Made by a program: the position numbers and the translations under genes
Shown: one piece after another, positions 1-10,649 of the stretch
Numbering within the stretch: the stretch's first letter is position 1
How the letters are laid out: each line of letters opens with the position of its first letter
Notes under the pieces: model-generated
Seen by the model: the letters and a program-made list of their open reading frames with translations, nothing else
Told to the model about the DNA's origin: nothing
Databases searched by the model: none
Source of the DNA: Bacilli bacterium
GTDB lineage: Bacteria; Bacillota_I; Bacilli_A; RFN20; CAG-826
NCBI GenBank assembly: GCA_017429285.1
Contig: JAFRPF010000031.1
Location: 11,161-75,160, forward strand
DNA: 64,000 nucleotides
Direction: 5' to 3'

Positions 1-136
1 GAATATTCAAACGTTGATTTAATCGTCAAAAATCTTAATTTTATATTAAGCAGTCGATTTAATAAAACCTTAATTTCGGATTCTGCTTTTAAAAAATATC
101 ACACAAAAACAATAGCCAAAGAATATATTAAAATTT

Positions 137-1402
137 ATGAAAAAAATATTTAATGTTGCATCCGTTTTTGTATATAAATACTCTTTATTCTTTTTAATCG
201 GCTTTCTAATTGCAAATTCTTTTGATTATATATTCGTTGAACTAAATAGTTTCACAAATGCTGGCATTGTGTACAGAGGGATTGTTCTTTTCTTATATGT
301 TGTTTTTGCACTCCTTATAACAATCAAATCAGAAATTATTAAAAACAGAATGTTTGTTTATGTCTCAGCTCTATATATTTTGTTTTCATTAATTTCAATT
401 GTTAACATTACTTTTAACCCTCCTTTGCAAAGCGTTCAAGTTAGCTGTATTGATTATGTAAAATCTATAGGACAAATGCTTGTTAATGTAATTTCTATAA
501 TTGTTTTATTTTCGATATCCAAAATTGACAACAAAGAAAAAGTGATTGCTTCTTACATCATCTTAGGAATTGTCACTCTTTCCATAATTTACTCTCTTAT
601 AAAAGACTATGACTCCATAATTAATACTTTTATTAAATATGATCACTCAAATTATGACGTGAAATCCTTCTTTGTCGACAAAAACACTTTTGGACTTTTG
701 CTTTTTCTTGGATCGATTATTTCGTATTATTTGCACAAGAGTAAAAGCAAATGGTACAATGTACCAACATTTCTAATCTTCGTTTATTCAATAATTATTC
801 GATGTAAAACTGCAGTTCTTCTTATTTTTGTAGTAACGCTTGTTTCTCTTATTGAAATTTTTATTATTTTATTTAGAAAGAATAAAAAAACTTTTACCGT
901 AGTTCTAACTTCGACAGTTTCTTTGCTTGCCTTAAGTTTAATTTTGCTTTCTTTAAAAGCCGGCCCATTTAAATATATTTATTCCGTTCTATTTGATGAG
1001 TACGGTTTATTTTATGATGCATACATAGTTATGGCTGATAGATTTAATAATTGGGGCTACTCAATAAATAAAATATCTTTGTTCCCTTATGTTTTATTGG
1101 GTTTTTCCGAAAGAATCTATCAATTATTTATTACGTGTCCTGTTGACAACATTTTCATCCTTTGTCTTTTATCAGGAGGGGTTATTAAACTACTAATCTA
1201 TTTGTTTTTACTGTTTGTTTTATATAAGAAAAGTATCAAAAATAGAACGATGTTGTTTGTTTTATCATTGCTTGTACTATATGGCTTTATGCAAGACTAC
1301 TCAATGGTTGGTATTTCCTTTTCGTCCATAATATTTGCAATAATTATTTTGCTATATTCAGACCCTATATGTTTTTGCCCATTGACTTATATTCAAAAAT
1401 GA
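137..1402 (+). CDS. Polytopic membrane protein, O-antigen polymerase/ligase (Wzy)-like, in polysaccharide locus
   Basis: 421 aa with about 10-12 hydrophobic helices and no soluble domain; located in a polysaccharide gene cluster; family assigned from topology and context only. Confidence 0.35.
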   Translation: MKKIFNVASVFVYKYSLFFLIGFLIANSFDYIFVELNSFTNAGIVYRGIVLFLYVVFALLITIKSEIIKNRMFVYVSALYILFSLISIVNITFNPPLQSVQVSCIDYVKSIGQMLVNVISIIVLFSISKIDNKEKVIASYIILGIVTLSIIYSLIKDYDSIINTFIKYDHSNYDVKSFFVDKNTFGLLLFLGSIISYYLHKSKSKWYNVPTFLIFVYSIIIRCKTAVLLIFVVTLVSLIEIFIILFRKNKKTFTVVLTSTVSLLALSLILLSLKAGPFKYIYSVLFDEYGLFYDAYIVMADRFNNWGYSINKISLFPYVLLGFSERIYQLFITCPVDNIFILCLLSGGVIKLLIYLFLLFVLYKKSIKNRTMLFVLSLLVLYGFMQDYSMVGISFSSIIFAIIILLYSDPICFCPLTYIQK

Positions 1403-1862
1403 GTTCTTTTGTTTCTTCTTCTATCATATAATGCGCTCTTAATCTTAACCAATAATTTGGAAAGACTGTAATTTCATAAAAATCAAAATCATCGCCATTA
1501 TAATCTGTTACAATTTTTGATATATCGTCTATAGAAAAATATTTATACTTGATTTTCTCTATATATATTTTTTTGTTATTGTTTTCTTGCAACGAAAAAT
1601 CGAAATTTATCTTATCTTTACTATTGCCATAATTAAATGCGATGGAACAACGATTTAAGACAAAGTAACCGTTATATATTTGGAGTCCTGAGGTATTTAT
1701 GTACGAGTGTTCTGTCATTAATTCCTCGTCATAATTTACAACATTTTTAAGTTCGTACTTATTAACCAAATAATCAGTATATTCCGTTTTTGTAGAAAAA
1801 GAACATGATGAACAGAGCATTACAAGGGATAAAAAGAGACTATATTTAAACTTGAATTTCAT
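1365..1862 (-). CDS. Hypothetical lipoprotein
   Basis: N-terminal signal peptide with lipobox (LVMLCSSC); start overlaps the stop of the upstream minus-strand gene, so it is operonic. Confidence 0.5.
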   Translation of the reverse strand: MKFKFKYSLFLSLVMLCSSCSFSTKTEYTDYLVNKYELKNVVNYDEELMTEHSYINTSGLQIYNGYFVLNRCSIAFNYGNSKDKINFDFSLQENNNKKIYIEKIKYKYFSIDDISKIVTDYNGDDFDFYEITVFPNYWLRLRAHYMIEEETKELIFEYKSMGKNI

Positions 1863-3273
1863 AATAATGCTCCTTCATTTTTTTGATTTCGGCGACCGGA
1901 ATAGAAGATAACAACACATTGAATCCAAAAGTTAGAAGAGAACTGGACATAAGAATAACTTCAGTTTCCGTCATCATAAAAACAAATGCCGATAATAACA
2001 AAGATATCCACATTCTTTTTTCGTTTTTGTTATCCTGCCATTTAATTCGTTTTAATATAAAACTATACAAGAAGAAAAGAACAAATAATCCAAAAAGACC
2101 ATAACATAATACCTGTTGAATAAAGCCGTTATGAGGATAAATAACATATCCGTTTGTGCCAATCCTTAAAACATATTGCAAGGAACCTTTAGGATATCCA
2201 ATTACTAAATGATAATTAAATAGTGTGGATATGGATAACAACCAAGCAATATATCTTGATTCTTTTGCTGTGGAAAAAGAATCAACGAATAGTATCTTTA
2301 TTCCCTTTTGAATTTTACTAAAAATGCCAATGGTCCCAATAGGTGTAGCCATTACTAGAATAATAAAGATAACGACTAACAAAAAAGTCAAAATAATAAA
2401 ACTAATTTGAGCAACTCTTTTTTCCTTAATTAGTTTTCTAATTCGTAATGTAAACAAAAAAACAAAGACCAAAAACAAAGAAAGAATTGCTGTTTTGCAC
2501 AAGGAGAAAACAGTCACCATTCCAATTAAAGAAAGGCAAGAATAAATAATAATTCTAAATATTTTTGAGTCTTTATAATACCAATGAGATGCAAAAAAAC
2601 CAGATAAAAAGCCAATTATTAAAAATGAGCCGAATTGATTTTTAGAAATAAAAGACCCAGAGATATCAATTTCATAACCACCATAGGCAGAATCTCCAGC
2701 TGAAAGAGTGGCGATATATTTCTTAAATTCAAATCCGATTGAAAACAAACATTCAAAGACCATAAATCCGAAAACGAACAATAAAAATGGTTTGAGGCTT
2801 TGTTTAGTGCATACACATGGCAATACGAAAACGAACAATAACCCAAAAAACATATCTACCACGCAGGAAGCAAAGCCGCTCAGCAAATCAATCAATCCTA
2901 TTTCATACACCACCAGTGTTTCGTATGCATACGGATCATGGGTAATTACAGAACGATATGTTTTAGGCGAGATAATAAGAGATAGAATCAATATGAGAAT
3001 TAACCCAAGAGAAAAATAAAGGTATTTTTTATCAATCTTCGGTCTAAATCTAATAAAAACAGAAACAGAAAATATTGAAATGATTAGCGTTGCAAAAAGT
3101 CTTAAAGTCAGATTAACCGAGGTTTTCAAAAAGAAATAATAAAGCGATGGTATCGGAGCAAATATGTAAGGCAACAAAAGCAGAGCGAAATAACTTATTA
3201 AAATATAAGGCGTTATTCTTATCAAAAAATCTTTATTTATCTTGTTTAACAAAAACGAAATCCTATCTTTCAT
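1846..3273 (-). CDS. Polytopic membrane protein, O-antigen ligase/polymerase (Wzy/EpsG)-like
   Basis: 475 aa, multi-TM with one larger loop; overlaps TagF-like gene start by 11 nt; context-based call. Confidence 0.35.
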   Translation of the reverse strand: MKDRISFLLNKINKDFLIRITPYILISYFALLLLPYIFAPIPSLYYFFLKTSVNLTLRLFATLIISIFSVSVFIRFRPKIDKKYLYFSLGLILILILSLIISPKTYRSVITHDPYAYETLVVYEIGLIDLLSGFASCVVDMFFGLLFVFVLPCVCTKQSLKPFLLFVFGFMVFECLFSIGFEFKKYIATLSAGDSAYGGYEIDISGSFISKNQFGSFLIIGFLSGFFASHWYYKDSKIFRIIIYSCLSLIGMVTVFSLCKTAILSLFLVFVFLFTLRIRKLIKEKRVAQISFIILTFLLVVIFIILVMATPIGTIGIFSKIQKGIKILFVDSFSTAKESRYIAWLLSISTLFNYHLVIGYPKGSLQYVLRIGTNGYVIYPHNGFIQQVLCYGLFGLFVLFFLYSFILKRIKWQDNKNEKRMWISLLLSAFVFMMTETEVILMSSSLLTFGFNVLLSSIPVAEIKKMKEHYYEIQV

Positions 3274-4417
3274 ATTTACTTAAAATTTCTTTAAACACTC
3301 TTTCGCAATTTTCTGCGTCGCGTAAATCAAAAAAATTATTTATTCTCTCTTTGTAAATTTGGTTTATGGATGTATTTTTTTTGACTTCAAAAACAACATC
3401 GGTTGTGGTTTTAGCAACAGGGCCAAAACCGTTTTCGTCAATTAAAAAATAACCGTGTTTATATTGATGGGTATAAAACAATTCAGAATCAAACTGATAA
3501 TAAATAGTAGGTTTGCCAAGATATGCAAAATCAAACAAAATAGAGGAGTAGTCAGTAATTAAAATTGAAGCGCGACATAACAAATCTTGAATATCAAATT
3601 CATCTAAAATTACATCAACAATTTCATTTGTAAAGGAAGAGAATGCGCTTTTATAGAGGCTGAAGCTTGGATGAAGGCAAAAAACTAACTTGTATTCATT
3701 ATCTTTTGCCCATTTAATTAATTCTTTGTTTTTAATAAGATTGGAATAATTAATGAAGAAATCAGATTTACAAAATTCATCAATACTTAAATTGGACAGC
3801 CATTTTCGCCAAGTTGGCATTATTAAAATAAACTTTTTAGTTGTTTCTCTATTCACTAATGTATCAAATCTTGGAAATCCAGTAAGTTTTAGAACATCGG
3901 CAGTCAAATCAAAACAATCAATCAAGTAATTGTATTCTGCTTTTGCACCACAAATAACAATGTCTGATTTATTATTCGCTTTATAAAAGCAATCTTGCCA
4001 ATTGTGAGTAATACCATGTTGAAGAAAAACATCTATTCCACATTTTTTGTGATACTTCATATAATAAACGGCTAAATATTTGTTTGGCACATAAAAAAAT
4101 AAATGGGTATCAACTCTAACTGATGATCCAATAAACATCAGCCAGTGTTTTATGGACTTGTAATAACATATTTCACCAACTCTTGAAACTTTATTTAAAT
4201 CAACACTCTTCTTGGATATCAAATAAACTGTTCTTATCTCGGGTTTTTTTTCATTCATCCATCTAAATAATGAAAATGAATTATCTTTAGCATCATCTCC
4301 ACGTTCACAAAAAAGCCAAATTCTCTTCTTTGAATAAAGTAATTTGCCGATTGGATAGAGAACAATCAACATTATCAACGCCAATGCAAAGCCTAAAATG
4401 CTTTTCAATTTATGCAT
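3263..4417 (-). CDS. CDP-glycerol glycerophosphotransferase (TagB/TagF family)
   Basis: 384 aa; C-terminal block ...CLHPSF...LITDYSSILFDFAYLGKPTIYYQFD typical of the Glyphos_transf (TagF) family; N-terminal membrane-associating helix. Confidence 0.6.
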   Translation of the reverse strand: MHKLKSILGFALALIMLIVLYPIGKLLYSKKRIWLFCERGDDAKDNSFSLFRWMNEKKPEIRTVYLISKKSVDLNKVSRVGEICYYKSIKHWLMFIGSSVRVDTHLFFYVPNKYLAVYYMKYHKKCGIDVFLQHGITHNWQDCFYKANNKSDIVICGAKAEYNYLIDCFDLTADVLKLTGFPRFDTLVNRETTKKFILIMPTWRKWLSNLSIDEFCKSDFFINYSNLIKNKELIKWAKDNEYKLVFCLHPSFSLYKSAFSSFTNEIVDVILDEFDIQDLLCRASILITDYSSILFDFAYLGKPTIYYQFDSELFYTHQYKHGYFLIDENGFGPVAKTTTDVVFEVKKNTSINQIYKERINNFFDLRDAENCERVFKEILSKYER

Positions 4418-4512
4418 GGCAATATTATAAAAACAATAGTCAATGTTTTCAAATTAAATAATTTGATAGAATATTTCTCGTAAACATAAGTTGCTTTATA
4501 AAAATCTTTTAA

Positions 4513-5565
4513 TCAATTTAAACATCCGTAGCTTCGACAAAACAAAAAATATAAATTTCTTAATACTTCTCTCTTTCTTGTTTTTGTAAGAAAATCCCTG
4601 AAATTCAATAATTTTTGTATTTTGTATTCTTTTTGAAATTTCTTTATTTGTTCAATTGGATTGGGCGCAAACCTGTATTCTTCATTTACTATTGCAAAAT
4701 ATGTTTGTACTTTTAGATACGCAAGCAAATCATTTTTGGTTTGAACGTTGTAAAAATCATTTTTATTAAGAACTTCAACCTGCTTTTGCAACAGATATAT
4801 TTCAGATTTGCAAACAGAATTGTAGGTATGTTTTTTTGTCCATCCTCTATACATTACACAACTTTTATCCAGGTAAGATATTTTCTTGACATTGGACAAA
4901 TAATTAAGAAGAAAAATCTGGTCTTCGGAAAAAGCCATTGACTCATCAAATTTAAAGATTGTTTTCTTTAATAATGCTTAGTTTAAACACACTTCTCCAA
5001 ACAGCGCCATGTATGTATTCAGTGATAAAAAAATTTCCAATTGTTTTGCCCTGTGTTGGATACCAAAAATATTTAATGTCTCGGCAATTTAATAGCATCC
5101 TATTGAAACTTATTTCTCTAAATTCGAGAGTTTTAATAGTTTGTTCTTTTTCCCAAAACCTAGTAAATTCATAAAAACATATATCAGATTCATCCAACTC
5201 CATCTTCTTTATTGCTTCTTCGTAACATTTGTCGTATGACAAATAATCATCAGCGTCTAAAAAAGAAATGTAAGCATCTTCGAGATTATATATTGCAAAG
5301 CTTTATTTCTTTAGAAAGAAACACCCATATTTCTATCGTTTTTTAAGACAATCAATTTCTTATAATTGTTTTTAAGATTATTTAAAATTAAAGGCGTACT
5401 ATCTGACGAATTGTCATCAACACAAATTGCAGTCACATTTTGATATGATTGATTAAAAATGGACCTCACTGCTTTTTCAATCCATTTTTCAGCATTAAAT
5501 GTTGGAACAATTACAACTATTTCTCTCATGCATCTATATTTTACATTTGTATCAAGATAATTCAA
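4513..5565 (-). pseudogene. Family 2 glycosyltransferase disrupted into three ORFs (5311-5565, 4952-5242, 4513-4938)
   Basis: ORF1 carries the GT2 N-terminus (VVIVPTFNAEKWIEK...CVDDNSSD...NMGVSF). ORF2 continues (..AYISFLDADDYLSYDKCYEE..) in a different frame after an in-frame TAA plus a frame change. ORF3 carries the C-terminal FDESMAFSEDQIFLLN motif after a 1-nt frame change in an A-rich run. The pieces sum to about 350 aa. Confidence 0.5.
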
Positions 5566-5791
5566 AAATCATTTATTAACTTTTATTCTTTACTATTCTT
5601 ATTGATTAACTCAGAAATTAAACAACATCAACCTAAACATATAATATTTTATATTCAAAAAACCAAATTTTACTTTTTTGTAATATTAACTCTCCATATA
5701 TTTATATTTTTTGTTTTAAAATGCATTTTTTGTATAGCATTTGAAAAGGAAATTATATTTATAAACTTTCAAATATGTAATAATTATTTTT

Positions 5792-7318
5792 ATGAATGAA
5801 AAGAAAAATATTTTCTTCGGATCAATTATTTCATACATAACTATTTTTGTTGAAATTATTATTTCAATTATTTTCACTCCATTTTTATTGCGGTCGCTTG
5901 GCGACGTTGATTATGGCATAAGAGCATTTTGCGTTTCACTTGTTGGTTATTTAAATCTTTTAACATTAGGTTTGAGTACTTCATACTATCGATTCCGAAA
6001 ATTGCAAGAAAGAACGGAAGCGGACAGCACAAAAAGGATTAACGGGTTATTTGTAATAATCTTTTCTTTTATAGCTCTAATAAGTTTAGTCGTCGGTTTG
6101 ATATTTATATTTCTGATAAAGAATTCTTTTGTTTCTTTTAATAAATTCCCCCCAGAAAGCAAATCCACTATTGTCATAATTTTACTAATCATGGTAGTTC
6201 AAACCACGCTCCACTTTCCTTTCTCTATCTTAACAGTAATACTTGGATATAGAAGGAAATTCGTTATCAGAAACATCATTAATCTCATCAACATTATCCT
6301 TGTGCCTCTTCTTTCAACAATTGTCATAATTTTCCATATTTATAATGTTTTATTAATTTCAATAACGTTAGTCTCACTGCTAGTATCGATAACAATAGAT
6401 TTTTCTAAAGCTTTTATTGTATTTGTTAAAGAAAAAGAAAAAATTACTTTTAAATTAGGTAGAAATGAATTCAAACTCATATTACCAATTTTTTCTTATT
6501 GTATTATTTCATTTGTGGCATCAGCAGTATCTATAATTCATAACGCGACAGACCAAATTGTTATTGGTGCAATTATTTCAGCAGAAGCAGTAACCTTCTA
6601 TTCTCTCTCATTCACATTTTCTAATTATCTAGAAACGATGACCACATCTGTATCGTCGCTTTTTTCGCCAAAACTGACGAATGATGCTATAGAGAATAAA
6701 ATGGATTCCGTTAAAAAAACATGCAATTTTGTTTGGGATACAATTGCTATTATTTTGGTTTTTATTATTGGCGGATTTGCTTCTTGTGGGAATGAATTTG
6801 TTAAAGGGTGGATTGGATCAGAAAAATCTGCCGTGTATACTTATGCATTACTTCTTTTGATTGTGAATGCTATTACATCGGGTATAAAAGTTTCATATTC
6901 CGTTCAATCCGCACTTAATAAACACAAATTTGCTGCTATAGTATACATTATATTTTTATGTGTAAACATTGGACTTTCAATTTTATTATCACCTTTATTA
7001 GAAATTTATGGGGTAATTATTGCGACTTTATTTTCAAAGCTGCTTGAAACTCTAACATTATCTTTCTATTCAAAAAAAATTATAGGTCTTTCTCTTTCTA
7101 ATTATTGGGTATCATTAATTAAAAATGGAGTAATTGCATTTACGTCCTATGCCATATTAAGAGGGGTGTTTAGTTTTCTTGATATTAGGTACCTATCTTT
7201 TTATGTTCAAGCAATAATTAAGGGTTCGTTATATTGTTTAATCTTCTTACCATGTGCTTATTTAGCAAATAAAAAATTTGTTCATTTATTTCTAAAGGTT
7301 TTAAATAAAAGAGATTAA
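5792..7318 (+). CDS. wzx: Oligosaccharide flippase (Wzx, MOP superfamily)
   Basis: 508 aa, about 14 TM helices, typical polysaccharide_biosynth/MATE-like flippase architecture; locus context. Confidence 0.55.
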   Translation: MNEKKNIFFGSIISYITIFVEIIISIIFTPFLLRSLGDVDYGIRAFCVSLVGYLNLLTLGLSTSYYRFRKLQERTEADSTKRINGLFVIIFSFIALISLVVGLIFIFLIKNSFVSFNKFPPESKSTIVIILLIMVVQTTLHFPFSILTVILGYRRKFVIRNIINLINIILVPLLSTIVIIFHIYNVLLISITLVSLLVSITIDFSKAFIVFVKEKEKITFKLGRNEFKLILPIFSYCIISFVASAVSIIHNATDQIVIGAIISAEAVTFYSLSFTFSNYLETMTTSVSSLFSPKLTNDAIENKMDSVKKTCNFVWDTIAIILVFIIGGFASCGNEFVKGWIGSEKSAVYTYALLLLIVNAITSGIKVSYSVQSALNKHKFAAIVYIIFLCVNIGLSILLSPLLEIYGVIIATLFSKLLETLTLSFYSKKIIGLSLSNYWVSLIKNGVIAFTSYAILRGVFSFLDIRYLSFYVQAIIKGSLYCLIFLPCAYLANKKFVHLFLKVLNKRD

Positions 7319-7337
7319 AGTGCATTTTATTATAAGA

Positions 7338-8045
7338 TTAATAATTCTGATTAATCCAATTCGCAACATCAAAATAACGTTCTAAGCAAGTTCGACCACG
7401 CCCAAATAGTTCCAAAGCACCAAAATAGAATGGCTTGTTATTAGCGTATTTTTTTAAAAAAACAACATTGTTATTTTTCATTTGTTTCTTCTCCAAGTCA
7501 TTAGTTACAAAAATAAAATTTGTTTTATTTTCGTTTAAAAAATCTTCTAATTGAGATTTATTTACAAATTTTGAAAAAGCTTTACCATCCCAATCGATAT
7601 CAGACATAAGAAAAAATAAATGATCAAAATTTATACGTTTAGCCCTAGCAAACCATTTTTCTGAAGCAGTAGAAAAATCTTTGTAGTGCACAAATCTTAT
7701 TTTGATATCACCTAAAAGACCGACAGGGCAAAAGTCATTTTTGCCTGTTATATCCACCATTTTCTTAACGTCAATAATGTAATGCTTAAAATTTCTCATC
7801 AATTTAAAAAAATCATCTGACTCTATAAATACATCAATAAAAGGCGATTTGAATTCAAGGCCATAATCATGATAAAATGCGCCAGCAATGCAATTGTTGC
7901 AAATTAAAGAAAAGTCAGCATGTTCAGGTTTGCTGCTCTTTTTTTCTAAAAAAATCTTTCTTTTTTGTTTTGCCTTATTCACCAAAAAAGGTACCGCTCT
8001 GCCAGGTACAAACCAATAAACATTATTACCTTCTTTTTTAATCAT
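7338..8045 (-). CDS. Polysaccharide-locus protein of unknown function (DUF1919-like?)
   Basis: 235 aa soluble protein; NNCIAGAFYHDYGLEFKSPFIDVFI block recalls DUF1919 proteins found in capsule/EPS loci; family assignment is from memory only. Confidence 0.3.
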   Translation of the reverse strand: MIKKEGNNVYWFVPGRAVPFLVNKAKQKRKIFLEKKSSKPEHADFSLICNNCIAGAFYHDYGLEFKSPFIDVFIESDDFFKLMRNFKHYIIDVKKMVDITGKNDFCPVGLLGDIKIRFVHYKDFSTASEKWFARAKRINFDHLFFLMSDIDWDGKAFSKFVNKSQLEDFLNENKTNFIFVTNDLEKKQMKNNNVVFLKKYANNKPFYFGALELFGRGRTCLERYFDVANWINQNY

Positions 8046-8047
8046 AT

Positions 8048-8680
8048 TTAAAAATCTTTCTTTTTTCCTTCAACTTCATCCTTACCTGTGAAGGCTTGAA
8101 AAATGGTTTTAACAATTATTCTTATATCAAACCAAACATTAAATCTTTTAGTATATTCACCATCAAGTTTTGCTTTCTCTGGTATTGGTAATGTGTCTCT
8201 TCCATTGCATTGAGCCCAACCAGACAATCCTGGTCTAATGTCGTTTGCGTGATACTTATCGCGTTCTGTTACCAAATCGTCTTGATTATATAAAGCAGGA
8301 CGTGGGCCCACTACTGACATTTGACCAATAAAAATATTGAATGCTTGAGGTATTTCGTCTAAAGAAGTCTTTCTTAAGAATTTACCAATTTTTGTTATAT
8401 ATTGTTCAGGGTTTTCCAACATATGTGTGGGAACATCTTTTGGAGTATCAATTCTCATCGTTCTAAATTTTAGAATCTTGAAGTGCTTTTTATTTTTGCC
8501 AATTCTCTCTTGCTTAAAGAAGACTGGTCCTTTAGAAGTTACCTTAACAAGTATCGCTAAAACAATATAAAGCAAAGAAAAAACGGTGATTGCTAAAAAG
8601 GATAACAAAATATCAAAAAACCTTTTAAAAGGTAGATAGATCTTTTGTCTAGTGGATAAGAAACTCATGGAGTTACTCAT
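8048..8680 (-). CDS. Undecaprenyl-phosphate sugar-1-phosphate transferase (bacterial sugar transferase, WbaP/PglC-like initiating enzyme)
   Basis: 210 aa; one N-terminal TM; KRFFDILLS...PVFFKQERIGKN...FKILKFRTM...DEIPQAFNIFIGQMSVVGPRP signature of the Bac_transf family. Confidence 0.7.
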   Translation of the reverse strand: MSNSMSFLSTRQKIYLPFKRFFDILLSFLAITVFSLLYIVLAILVKVTSKGPVFFKQERIGKNKKHFKILKFRTMRIDTPKDVPTHMLENPEQYITKIGKFLRKTSLDEIPQAFNIFIGQMSVVGPRPALYNQDDLVTERDKYHANDIRPGLSGWAQCNGRDTLPIPEKAKLDGEYTKRFNVWFDIRIIVKTIFQAFTGKDEVEGKKKDF

Positions 8681-10532
8681 CTTTATCTCCTTTGTCCTTA
8701 TAAGTTTTGATTAAATGTTTAAGTAATGTTTTAACATCACTTGTCTCAGCCATGTCAAAAGCTTTACTGGCTTCTAATACATCAGACTCTAAATTGCTGT
8801 TAATGGCTTCTTTATCTTCAATATAAATTCTTTTATTTTCAGTTTTTTGTTGATGATCAATATCAATTAATAATTCTTCAAACAGTTTTTCTCCAGGTCT
8901 TAACCCTATTTCTTCAATTTGGATATCAATATAAGGAACAAAGCCAGCTTGTCTTATTAGTTTTTCTGCTAAATCAAGAATCTTTACAGGTTGACCCATA
9001 TCTAAAATAAATATTTCTCCCCCTTTAGCGTATAATCCACATTGAAGGATTAATGATACTGCTTCAGGGATAGTCATAAAGTATCTAATAATTCTTTTAT
9101 CGGTAACTGTGACAGGTCCACCTGCTTCTATCTGTTTTTTAAATAACGGAACAACACTACCATTAGAACCTAATACATTACCAAATCTCACTGCGGCGTA
9201 AGCGGTGTTTTTAGATTTCTCAGAATAATACTGAATAATAGTTTCAGCAAAACGTTTAGTAGCCCCCATAACATTTGTAGGTCTAACCGCTTTATCAGTG
9301 GACACTAAAACCATCTTCTTAACGCCATATTTATCCGCCATCTTAGCGACATTATATGTACCAATAACATTAGTTCTAATCGCTTCAGCAGGGCTATCTT
9401 CCATTAGAGGAACATGTTTATATGCCGCTGCATGATAAATATAGTCTGGTTTATATTTCTTGATAATTTGTTCAACTCTAGTTTCATTGTATGTCGAGCC
9501 AATGAGCGTAACTAATTGAATGTCTTTAATCTTCTCTTCTCTGATTTTACGAGTTAATTCCATTTGAATGTCGTAAGTTGAATTTTCATAAATATCAAAA
9601 AGAATTAAAGTCTTTGGATGAGTTTTAAATATTTGTCTAACTAGTTCACTACCAATAGATCCACCAGCACCAGTAACCATAACGCATTTCTCATGCAACA
9701 TATCTTTAACTTCATGGTTATCTAAAATAACAGGATCTCTAGACAAAAGATCGTTTAAATCAACGTCAATGATTCTTTTATCGTTAGGACCTTGCATTTC
9801 TTCAATTAAAGGCATTCTTCTCACTCTAACATTGCAAGAATTCAATAAATTAATAATTTCATGTAATCTATCTTGAGATATTTTACTCATGGCGATAATG
9901 ACTTCTTGAGCTTTAGTGTAATCAATAATCTTAGCAATATCTTTTATAGGACCTTTGATTGGTATATTAGAAAATAAACCACCTATTTTATTAGGATCAT
10001 CATCCACCATCACAATTATTTTGTTGTGGTTATGTGGATTTCTTCTACTTTCATCAATAACCACTTTACCAGTTGCGCCAGCGCCAATAACTAATGTTCT
10101 AACTTTATTGGTTTTGCTACCAACAACTGAAGCCATATTAAATACCCTCACTGCTACTCTGATAGAAACATGAGAGAAAATTAAAAATCCTGTTGATAAT
10201 AACCAAGCAAATACAAAATCAGTAAATCTTGGTAATTGAGGAACAACAGTAATCACAATTAAACCAGTGACATGAATACCTAATGTAACAAAAATAATTT
10301 TAACTGCATCAAGAATGCTAATTTGAGTGGTTATAATCTTATAGATTTTTAATATGAAAAACACTATTAAGGTTGCTAAAGATATTGAGCCAGCATAAAT
10401 AAAGGAACTGATTATATTATCTTTAAATCCACTAACACCATAGAAAGAAACAAACGATATTGTTGTGACTAAAAAACAAATAATAACATCTGCTATCGCA
10501 TATATGAAATGTAAGTTTCTACTTTTTGTCAT
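8673..10532 (-). CDS. capD: Membrane-anchored UDP-sugar 4,6-dehydratase (CapD/PglF/WbpM family)
   Basis: 619 aa; 4 N-terminal TM helices, two Rossmann motifs (VIGAGATG and VTGAGGSIGSEL), Polysacc_synt_2-like C-terminus. Confidence 0.75.
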   Translation of the reverse strand: MTKSRNLHFIYAIADVIICFLVTTISFVSFYGVSGFKDNIISSFIYAGSISLATLIVFFILKIYKIITTQISILDAVKIIFVTLGIHVTGLIVITVVPQLPRFTDFVFAWLLSTGFLIFSHVSIRVAVRVFNMASVVGSKTNKVRTLVIGAGATGKVVIDESRRNPHNHNKIIVMVDDDPNKIGGLFSNIPIKGPIKDIAKIIDYTKAQEVIIAMSKISQDRLHEIINLLNSCNVRVRRMPLIEEMQGPNDKRIIDVDLNDLLSRDPVILDNHEVKDMLHEKCVMVTGAGGSIGSELVRQIFKTHPKTLILFDIYENSTYDIQMELTRKIREEKIKDIQLVTLIGSTYNETRVEQIIKKYKPDYIYHAAAYKHVPLMEDSPAEAIRTNVIGTYNVAKMADKYGVKKMVLVSTDKAVRPTNVMGATKRFAETIIQYYSEKSKNTAYAAVRFGNVLGSNGSVVPLFKKQIEAGGPVTVTDKRIIRYFMTIPEAVSLILQCGLYAKGGEIFILDMGQPVKILDLAEKLIRQAGFVPYIDIQIEEIGLRPGEKLFEELLIDIDHQQKTENKRIYIEDKEAINSNLESDVLEASKAFDMAETSDVKTLLKHLIKTYKDKGDKDE

Positions 10533-10588
10533 AATACTTTACTAAAGTATTGAAACTATACACTATCAAATAGATTATTGCAAATAAA

Positions 10589-10632
10589 AACACGTATGCG
10601 TTATACGTTATGTATATATACATACGTGTATT
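10589..10632 (-). terminator. Hairpin (9-bp perfect arms ACACGTATG/CATACGTGT) preceded by A-run on + strand; terminator after PTP gene on minus strand
   Basis: Inverted repeat read directly; followed by a T-run on the minus strand. Confidence 0.3.
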
Positions 10633-10649
10633 AAATATTCTTCAATAAG

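Noticed and set aside
9955-10173. 72-aa plus-strand ORF inside capD-like gene
   Set aside because: Antisense to a strongly supported CDS.
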